Shown: piece by piece, positions 57,429 to 64,000 of the stretch
Numbering within the stretch: the stretch's first letter is position 1
Layout of the letters: the number at the start of each line of letters is the position of its first letter
NCBI GenBank assembly: GCA_965208785.1
Contig: OZ242356.1
Span: 447,890 to 511,889 of the forward strand
Direction: 5' to 3'
DNA length: 64,000 nt
Origin: Acidimicrobiales bacterium
GTDB lineage: Bacteria; Actinomycetota; Acidimicrobiia; Acidimicrobiales; Bin134
The notes under the pieces: generated by a model
Databases searched by the model: none
Seen by the model: the letters and a program-made list of their open reading frames with translations, nothing else
Told to the model about the DNA's origin: nothing
Program-made: the position numbers and the translations under genes

Positions 57429-58595
57429 TCAGGCGCTCTGTTCGAATACCACTTTGATGGCACCCCGAGAGCCGGCTTCGGCGGCGTGGGCGATGGCTTC
57501 TCGATAGCGGTCCAGGGGGTAGCGGGCTGACACCAGCCGCTCGAGTTTGGCTGAGTCCACCAGGTCGAATGCCAGATCGAAGCTGGTGGCGGTGCGGCCG
57601 TGGGCGAGGGTTTCAGTGCCGTAGGTGTAGGCGCCCACGAGCTCGGTTTCCCGGTGCCACAACCCGGTCAGATCGACTCGGGCCGCCTCGGGCATGCCCA
57701 ACAGCACCACTCGGCCGCGGGGACGGGTGATGGCGATGGCATCGGCCACCGAAGCAGGGCTGCCCACTGCGTCGATGGTTATGTCCATCCCGCTGGACAG
57801 GTAGCTGCCCAGCATCCGGCAACCGCAGAATCGCCGCACTGCTCGCCGCATTTCGCCGGGGTCCACCACGATATCGGCGCCCAACTCGGAGGCCAGGTTC
57901 CGCTGATGGGGATACTTGGCGGTGACGATGATCGTTCCCGCTGGCGTCAACGCCCGCAGCGCAGCCACCGAGCACAGCCCCATGGTGCCCGCTCCGAGCA
58001 CTGCCACCGAGGCCCCTGACTCGACTTGGGCCTTCAGGGCGGCGTGGACCCCGCCCGCGGCCGGCTCCAGCATCACCGCGGCCTCATCGCTGAAGTGCTC
58101 TGGCACAGGGTGAAGCTGGCTCTGGTGGGCTACCAGCGCCTCTCCCCATCCGCCGCCGGTGCTGGAGCAGAAGCCGATCTGGATGCCGTCCTTGATTTCG
58201 CCCCCCAGCAGGTAGCCGTAGTCGTTGCCGTCGCCGGGGGCGGCACCGGGAAAGGGAAGAGGCTCATTTCGGGTCGCCGGTCCCAAAACCGGCTCGAGGG
58301 CCAAGCGGCGGCCGTTGTGGTCGATGCCCACCACCTCGTGGCCGGGGATGAAGGGAAACGAGACCAAGGGCTCGAAATAGCGGGAGGACCGGCCCTCCAC
58401 GGTGGCCAGATCTGATCCGCAGATGCCGGTCAGCCGGGGTCTGATCGTGCGCCAGTCAGGTCCGGGCAGCTCGGGCGTATCAACCTCGCGCAGGCTCAGA
58501 GGCCCTACCTTGCCGCCGGCGCCGGGGACCATCCGGGAGGCCGCGGCGGCGGCCGCATATCGAGCGAGTTTGCGCTCGAAGATCAATGCCTGCAC
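57429..58595 (-). CDS. Zinc-binding (MDR) dehydrogenase
   Basis: GICGSD, GHE, GAGTMG. Confidence 0.88.
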   Translation of the reverse strand: MQALIFERKLARYAAAAAASRMVPGAGGKVGPLSLREVDTPELPGPDWRTIRPRLTGICGSDLATVEGRSSRYFEPLVSFPFIPGHEVVGIDHNGRRLALEPVLGPATRNEPLPFPGAAPGDGNDYGYLLGGEIKDGIQIGFCSSTGGGWGEALVAHQSQLHPVPEHFSDEAAVMLEPAAGGVHAALKAQVESGASVAVLGAGTMGLCSVAALRALTPAGTIIVTAKYPHQRNLASELGADIVVDPGEMRRAVRRFCGCRMLGSYLSSGMDITIDAVGSPASVADAIAITRPRGRVVLLGMPEAARVDLTGLWHRETELVGAYTYGTETLAHGRTATSFDLAFDLVDSAKLERLVSARYPLDRYREAIAHAAEAGSRGAIKVVFEQSA

Positions 58596-58619
58596 GAAGA
58601 CGCCTGTCTGCCCGCGGGG

Positions 58620-59954
58620 TTAGAGGTACTTCGCCGGGTCGCGGGGCGAGCCCTTGTAGCGGATTTCGAAGTGGAGGTGGGGGCCGGTGGACCAGCCGGT
58701 GCTGCCGATCCCACCGATGACCTCGCCGATTGCCACTTGGTCGCCGACGGACACGTCGTAGCGCGAGAGGTGGGCGTACAGCGTGGTCCACCCACCGCCG
58801 TGGTCGATGACTATCGTGTTTCCGTATCCCCCGCGAGATTGAACCTGGATCACGGTACCGGAGGCCGCGGCCTGAATGGGATCGCCGGTGTTGGCGGCGT
58901 AGTCCAGGCCAGCGTGGAAGCGCACGGTGCCGAAGATGGGGTGAACCCGGTTTCCATACCCTGATACAAGCGGACCCGTCACCGGTGTGAAGAACCTGGG
59001 TGGAGCGGGGATCTCGATATCGTCGAACTGGCCGAGGCGCTCTTGGGCAGCAAGGAGGTCCAAGTCGGCTTGCCTCTGGCGCTCCAACTCGGCCAAGCGG
59101 GCCAGCTCCGCTTCGCGCTTCTGCCGCTCTTCCTCGAGACGGATTCGCTCTCTCTCCCGCTCGATCTCATCTTCGATTGCTTCGATGTCTTGGTTGAGTC
59201 CAGATATTTCACCCTCGAGGTCGGCTTGGGCTTGGGCTTCGGCATCGATTCTCGCTTGGAGGAGATCCCGTTTGCGGTTCCACTCGTCTTGCAGCTTCTT
59301 CTGCGCTCTTTCGAGTTCGGCCAGGTCGGCCAGGGCTTCTTCGATTTCGGCTTGGGCTTGCTCTATCTCGACCTGGGCCCGCTCGGCTTGCTGCACCGTG
59401 ACGTGCTGATCGTCTTTGGCTTGGCGCAGTCGGTCGATGAGCACTTGAGCGTCGGCGCCGAGCTCTTCGATGTAGTACTGGCGGCGGGCGTTCCGGTTGG
59501 GGTCGCCGTCTTGGAGCAGGAAGTTCTGCTCGTACACCAAGTCCAGATAGATGTCGACCACTTGGGTGCGCAGCCGCTCTTGGATGGCCTCGATATCCTC
59601 GTCTAGCTCAGCATCCCGCTTTCGGGCCACGGCAACACGCTCTTGGGCTGCGGTTTGGGAAAGCTCTACCGCTCGCAGCCGAGCCTCCGCTGCGGCGATC
59701 CAATTGTTGACCTCGATCAGGGCGGCGTTCACCTCTTCGATCTGAGCGTTGGTCACATTCAGCTCTTCGATGGCGAACAGCGCATCGCTCTTCAGCATCT
59801 CCTGCTCTCGCTGCCGCGCTTCTATTTCCCGTTTTTTCTCCTCGATCTGGCGCTCGCGCTCTTCGAAGAACGAGTCTTGGGCCGCGCTGGGAGTACACAC
59901 GGCCAGCGGCATAATGGCCGCTAACAGGCAGACAATCCGCAAGAACTTGTGCAT
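58620..59954 (-). CDS. Secreted coiled-coil M23 peptidase (EnvC/NlpD-like)
   Basis: Signal peptide, long coiled coil, HAGLD, YAHL, STGPHLHFE. Confidence 0.92.
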   Translation of the reverse strand: MHKFLRIVCLLAAIMPLAVCTPSAAQDSFFEERERQIEEKKREIEARQREQEMLKSDALFAIEELNVTNAQIEEVNAALIEVNNWIAAAEARLRAVELSQTAAQERVAVARKRDAELDEDIEAIQERLRTQVVDIYLDLVYEQNFLLQDGDPNRNARRQYYIEELGADAQVLIDRLRQAKDDQHVTVQQAERAQVEIEQAQAEIEEALADLAELERAQKKLQDEWNRKRDLLQARIDAEAQAQADLEGEISGLNQDIEAIEDEIERERERIRLEEERQKREAELARLAELERQRQADLDLLAAQERLGQFDDIEIPAPPRFFTPVTGPLVSGYGNRVHPIFGTVRFHAGLDYAANTGDPIQAAASGTVIQVQSRGGYGNTIVIDHGGGWTTLYAHLSRYDVSVGDQVAIGEVIGGIGSTGWSTGPHLHFEIRYKGSPRDPAKYL

Positions 59955-59997
59955 AAGGGGAAGTGGACAGCGGCGCCGACTACGGCATTAGCAACAA

Positions 59998-60025
59998 TTG
60001 TAACCAAATTGCAATATTATTACAA
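59998..60025. promoter_or_regulatory. AT-rich palindrome between divergent genes
   Basis: TTGTAA-CCAA-ATTGCAAT-ATTA-TTACAA. Confidence 0.5.
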
Positions 60026-60123
60026 GTGCTCATCGCTGTGGGTTGTGTAGTTTGTGTGGCCGATGACTTGGCTGGTGAACCGGCGGTTTCTCTGGACGCT
60101 GCCGACATGGATACCCTGAGACA

Positions 60124-60525
60124 GTGTCCGGGCCGCTGAATCGCCGAGAACGAGTGATCTTGGCCGAGGATTTGGCCGGGGTGGCTGAGGGCACCCCCGG
60201 CGAGGTGATGCTCCACACCGGCATGCGGTGGGTGCGCTACAGGGTTCGATTCGACAATGGGGCCGAGCGGGGGTCCATCCACCGCGCCAAGTTGGTGAAG
60301 GCCGAGGAGTGGGAGGACTTTCTGGCCGGCCGGGCGGCCGCCGAGGCTGCGGCCGAGGCGGCCGCTGAGGCGGGAGAGTTGGCTGAAGGGTCGAGCGTCG
60401 ACGTTGGGGAGCAGCCTTCCGAAGCCGGCGATGCCGCCGGAGGCGACATGGTTGTGAACGGGGCGACGCTGCCTGCTCACTTGCTGGCCCGCAGTGCCGC
60501 AGCCCGCGAGCGTTTGGACGGTTAG
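60124..60525 (+). CDS. Hypothetical protein
   Basis: Small beta-rich N-terminal domain (WVRYRVRFDNG), AAAE linker, PAHLLARSAAARERL tail. Confidence 0.7.
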   Translation: MSGPLNRRERVILAEDLAGVAEGTPGEVMLHTGMRWVRYRVRFDNGAERGSIHRAKLVKAEEWEDFLAGRAAAEAAAEAAAEAGELAEGSSVDVGEQPSEAGDAAGGDMVVNGATLPAHLLARSAAARERLDG

Positions 60526-60538
60526 GGGCCACCCCTAA
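60522..60538. terminator. Hairpin between convergent genes
   Basis: TTAGGGG-CCA-CCCCTAA. Confidence 0.4.
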
Positions 60539-60583
60539 CAACGCCCCAATCCCCGAATCTCCGCTTAGACGCGAGACACACCA

Positions 60584-62299
60584 CTAGTCCAGCGCAGCGG
60601 CGCCAGAGGTCACCGCTGGAAGAAGAGCCGGGGCGGTCGGGAGGATCTGGTCGAGGTAGAACCGGCTGGAGTGCTCCTTGGCGGTCCAAAACCCGGACCG
60701 ATGCGGTTCAGCCGGCCCAAGCTGCTGAGCTGCGTCCCAGGTTCGGGCCATGACCCAGCCGCCGATCGTGAGGCCGAGCATGTGCAGGAACGGGGTTGCG
60801 CCCGCCAGAGCGTCGTCGCCGGGGTGGTCGCGCAGCCACCGTGCGGCTTCGGCCACCGCGTCGGCGGCTTCGTCAAGGCTTTTGTCCAAGCCGGCCATTT
60901 CTTGAAGCAGCTCGGCCAAAGGAGCGCCGTCGCCCATGGAGAGCTTGCGACTCACGAGATCTATGGCCTGGATGCCGTTGGTGCCTTCGTAGATGGGGGC
61001 GATGCGGCTGTCGCGCCAGTGCTGGGCCGCACCGGTCTCCTCGATGAAGCCCATTCCCCCGTGTACCTGGATGCCCATTGACGCCACCTCGACTCCCTGG
61101 TCGGTACACCAGGCTTTCGATACCGGGGTGAGCAGCTCAGCGCGGTGCTGGGCGCGCCGTCGGCGCGTGGCATCGGGGTGGCGGGCAGCCCGGTCGTCCT
61201 CTATTGCGTTGAGATACAGCACCCCCCGCATGGCCTCGGTGCGGGCTCGCATGTCGAGCAGCATTCGGCGCACGTCGGGGTGCTGGTTGATGGGAGCTTG
61301 GGTACCCGGCTCGGTGTCGGCGCGGCGGCCCTGGCGACGCTCGGCGGCGAAGGCTGCCGCTTGCTGGTAGGCCCGCTCGGCCACGGCCAGACCCTCCAGC
61401 CCCACGAGAAGGCGGGCTTTGTTCATCATGGTGAACATCAGGCGCATCCCCTCGTGGGGCTCTCCCACGAGCTCGCCGACCGCGCCGTCGAGTTCCATGA
61501 CGCAGGTGGGGCTGGCGTGAATGCCGACCTTGTGCTCCAGGCCGATGCACCGGATGGCGTTGCGCTCGCCGAGAGCGCCGTCTGGTCCCAGCGAGTATTT
61601 GGGCACGATGAACAGGGATATGCCCCGGGTGCCGTCCGGCGCGTCGGGCGTGCGGGCGAGCACGCAATGGACGATGTTGTCGGCCATATCGTGCTCGCCC
61701 CAGGTTATGAAGATCTTCTGGCCCCACAGCCGGTAGCTTCCATCAGCTTGAGGCTCGGCCCGAGTGGCGAGCGCGCCGACATCGGAGCCGGCTTGAGGCT
61801 CGGTCAGCAGCATGGTGCCGGTCCATGTGCCGCTGACCAGCGAAGGCAGCCAACGACGTTTCTGCTCCGGACTGCCGTGGGCGCTGAGCGCACCGATCGC
61901 GCTCTGGCTGAGCATCGGGCACAAGGAGAACGCCATATTGGCCGACGCGACCATTTCCTGGATGGCCACGTCGACCACCAGCGGAAACCCGGCACCCCCG
62001 TGCTCAGCATCAGCCGACACTGCGGTCCAGCCCCCGCTGATGAACTGCTGGTACGCCTGACGGAAGCCCTCAGGGGTGACCACGTCGCCGCTGTCGCTGA
62101 GCACACTGCCGGTTTGATCTCCTGTCCGGTTGGTGGGAGCGATGACCTCGGCGGCCAGCCGCCCGGCCTCAGCCAGGAGATCCTCGGTATGGTCGAGGCC
62201 GATTTCCGACCACGCGGGTAGCCGGGCCAAGTCGTCCAAGCCTGCGATGTGGCGCAGTGCGAAGGCAATGTCGTCCAGGGGAGGGTTGTAGGGGCTCAT
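60584..62299 (-). CDS. Acyl-CoA dehydrogenase (long, DmdC/FadE5-like)
   Basis: GTMLLTEPQAGSD, KIFITWGEHD, EHKVGIHASPT, IYEGTNGIQA. Confidence 0.93.
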   Translation of the reverse strand: MSPYNPPLDDIAFALRHIAGLDDLARLPAWSEIGLDHTEDLLAEAGRLAAEVIAPTNRTGDQTGSVLSDSGDVVTPEGFRQAYQQFISGGWTAVSADAEHGGAGFPLVVDVAIQEMVASANMAFSLCPMLSQSAIGALSAHGSPEQKRRWLPSLVSGTWTGTMLLTEPQAGSDVGALATRAEPQADGSYRLWGQKIFITWGEHDMADNIVHCVLARTPDAPDGTRGISLFIVPKYSLGPDGALGERNAIRCIGLEHKVGIHASPTCVMELDGAVGELVGEPHEGMRLMFTMMNKARLLVGLEGLAVAERAYQQAAAFAAERRQGRRADTEPGTQAPINQHPDVRRMLLDMRARTEAMRGVLYLNAIEDDRAARHPDATRRRRAQHRAELLTPVSKAWCTDQGVEVASMGIQVHGGMGFIEETGAAQHWRDSRIAPIYEGTNGIQAIDLVSRKLSMGDGAPLAELLQEMAGLDKSLDEAADAVAEAARWLRDHPGDDALAGATPFLHMLGLTIGGWVMARTWDAAQQLGPAEPHRSGFWTAKEHSSRFYLDQILPTAPALLPAVTSGAAALD

Positions 62300-62300
62300 T

Positions 62301-63263
62301 TCAGCCTTCAGGGGGGTTGTCGGGGTTAAGCGGCGAAAGCAGCAGTTCGGCGGCGGCGGCGGGGGAGAGCTCATAGCGGTCTACTCGCTCAAGGACGGTT
62401 TCTCCTGACTCGTTTTGAACGATCTGGTGAACTCGTTCGCTCAGATGGAGTTTGATGCGGTCGGCCACCTCACCTCGGCGCCTTCGGCTGCGTCGGTGGA
62501 CCAGCTCGCCGGAGCGGTGAAGATGAGCAATGTGGCGCCCGATCTCCGTCCACAGGTCGTCGATGCCCTCCCCCTCGGTGGCGGCGGTCAGCACGATGGG
62601 GGCCCGCCACCCGCACTGATGGCCGAGGTCTAGCATCACCTCCAAGTCCCGGCGGGTGCCGCGGGCATCGGGGCGGTCGGCTTTGTTCACCACGAGAACG
62701 TCGGCGACCTCTAGCAGCCCGGCTTTGTTGGCCTGCACGGCATCACCCCAGCCAGGGGTCACAACCACCACGGCGGTATCGGCAGCAGTCGCAATCGAAA
62801 CCTCCACCTGGCCCACGCCCACGGTCTCCACAAAGATGGGATCGCACCCGGCGGCATCGAGCACGCGGACAGCGTCGGGCACCGCCACCGACAGTCCGCC
62901 GGCGTGGCCGCGGGTGGCCATCGACCGGATGAAGGCGCCGCTGCCCGCATAGTTGTCCATGCGGATCCGGTCGCCCAAAATGGCGCCACCGGTGAGCGGT
63001 GAGCTGGGATCGACGGCCAGTATGGCGGGCCGGGCTGTTCCTGCGACTGCGGCCAGTCGCCCGGTTATGGTGGACTTTCCCACTCCCGGCGCGCCGGTGA
63101 CTCCCACAATCCTGGCCTGGCCGGCGTCGCGATGAGCCCGCTCCGACACCCTGGCGGCGACCTCGCTCTGCCGTTCCACCATGGTGAGCAGCTTTCCGAG
63201 TCCCCGCTGGTCCCCGCCGCGGGCCGAGTCGAACAACTCGTCGATGAGGTTGTGGTTCACCAT
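62301..63263 (-). CDS. meaB: MeaB/ArgK GTPase (methylmalonyl-CoA mutase chaperone)
   Basis: TGAPGVGKST, VDPSSP..GGAILGDRIRM, ETVGVGQ, NKAD. Confidence 0.95.
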   Translation of the reverse strand: MVNHNLIDELFDSARGGDQRGLGKLLTMVERQSEVAARVSERAHRDAGQARIVGVTGAPGVGKSTITGRLAAVAGTARPAILAVDPSSPLTGGAILGDRIRMDNYAGSGAFIRSMATRGHAGGLSVAVPDAVRVLDAAGCDPIFVETVGVGQVEVSIATAADTAVVVVTPGWGDAVQANKAGLLEVADVLVVNKADRPDARGTRRDLEVMLDLGHQCGWRAPIVLTAATEGEGIDDLWTEIGRHIAHLHRSGELVHRRSRRRRGEVADRIKLHLSERVHQIVQNESGETVLERVDRYELSPAAAAELLLSPLNPDNPPEG

Positions 63264-63291
63264 TCGGGATGCTTGACGACGGGATCGGGGT

Positions 63292-63744
63292 TCACTGGGA
63301 GGCGGCCTGGCGACTCACAGAGGCCTTCACTGCGGACACCACTTCCTCGGCCGATGCGCCGGGGCCGATGACTGCGGCCACTCCCGAATCGGTGAGGGTG
63401 GGGACGTCGTCGGCGGGCACGATTCCGCCGATCACCACCGGCACATCCAAGCCGGCCTGGTCGACCGCCTGCACCATTCGCGGGGCCAGGGTGAGATGGC
63501 CGGCATTGTGCATGGAAAGCCCGATGACATCGGCGTCTTCCTGCTCGCAGGCAGCCACAATGCTGTCGGTGGTCTGACGCAGACCCAGATAGATCACTTC
63601 CATGCCGGCGTCCCTCAGGGTGCGGGCCACGACCTTCAGGCCTCGGTCGTGCCCGTCGAACCCCAGTTTGGCCAAGACCACCCGAATCGGGGCCTCGGTT
63701 TCGGCGCTTGGGGGAAGGGATGCGTTGACAGGAGGCTCGCCCAT
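63292..63744 (-). CDS. Cobalamin-binding subunit of acyl-CoA mutase
   Basis: DGHDRG (DxHxxG), GLRQT, IGLS, GGIVP. Confidence 0.93.
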   Translation of the reverse strand: MGEPPVNASLPPSAETEAPIRVVLAKLGFDGHDRGLKVVARTLRDAGMEVIYLGLRQTTDSIVAACEQEDADVIGLSMHNAGHLTLAPRMVQAVDQAGLDVPVVIGGIVPADDVPTLTDSGVAAVIGPGASAEEVVSAVKASVSRQAASQ

Positions 63745-63748
63745 CAGC

Positions 63749-64000
63749 TCATACCACCGCGGTCTCCACATAGGTGCCGAACACCGTTTCCAGCGCGGCG
63801 ACGATTTCGCCCTCGGTAGCGTAGGTTCGCACCGCGTCGATCATGGGGGGCATGAGGTTTGCGTCGGGCTGCCCGGCGGCTTCGATCAGCGCGGCGAGGG
63901 AAGCCCTCACCGCATCGTCGTCGCGGTCGCCGCGAACTTGGGCAAGGCGCTTGAGCTGCAACTCTTCGGTTTCGTGGCTGATGGACAACAGACTGGTTTC
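63749..64000 (-). CDS. Methylmalonyl-CoA mutase family large subunit, C-terminal end (partial)
   Basis: NLMPPMIDAVRTYATEGEI...VFGTY. Confidence 0.88.
   Translation of the reverse strand, partial: ETSLLSISHETEELQLKRLAQVRGDRDDDAVRASLAALIEAAGQPDANLMPPMIDAVRTYATEGEIVAALETVFGTYVETAVV

Noticed and set aside
59505-59517. 11-13 bp matches of other inserts to window sequence (e.g. 59505, 49229, 24735, 30208)
   Set aside because: Too short and not extendable; expected by chance in 64 kb of GC-rich DNA.
60333-60372. AAAE x3 microrepeat, and Pro-rich repeats in pknB
   Set aside because: Ordinary low-complexity linker sequence.

Overview
High-GC actinobacterial chromosome segment spanning the replication origin. 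Gene order and protein types suggest class Acidimicrobiia (inference). The core block is trxB-trxA-cwlM-like / parB-parA-parS-rsmG-jag-yidC-yidD-rnpA-rpmH / dnaA-oriC-dnaN-recF-DUF721-gyrB-gyrA-DUF3566-tRNA-Ile. To its left are a BVMO/P450/iron-binding cluster, a sigH-rshA-like pair, tilS-hpt, a Tad pilus locus ending in a 1037-aa LysM-SARP/BTAD protein, and a sigM-like ECF pair. To its right are an LLM/TetR/CoA-transferase operon, pheA, larB-larC, tRNA-Leu, a reduced pstP-pknB cluster, trpG, crgA and methylmalonyl-CoA-mutase-type genes. The most unusual signal is a dispersed set of repeat-spacer-repeat scars. At five unrelated loci a 33-41 bp piece of ordinary chromosome is duplicated around a 31-38 bp unrelated insert, with a nearly constant 71-73 bp period. 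One insert is a 31/35-nt copy of the pheA gene 40 kb away. This resembles CRISPR-style spacer acquisition outside arrays, but no cas genes are in the window and the mechanism is inference. Identifications come from motif recognition by eye; no database searches were run.
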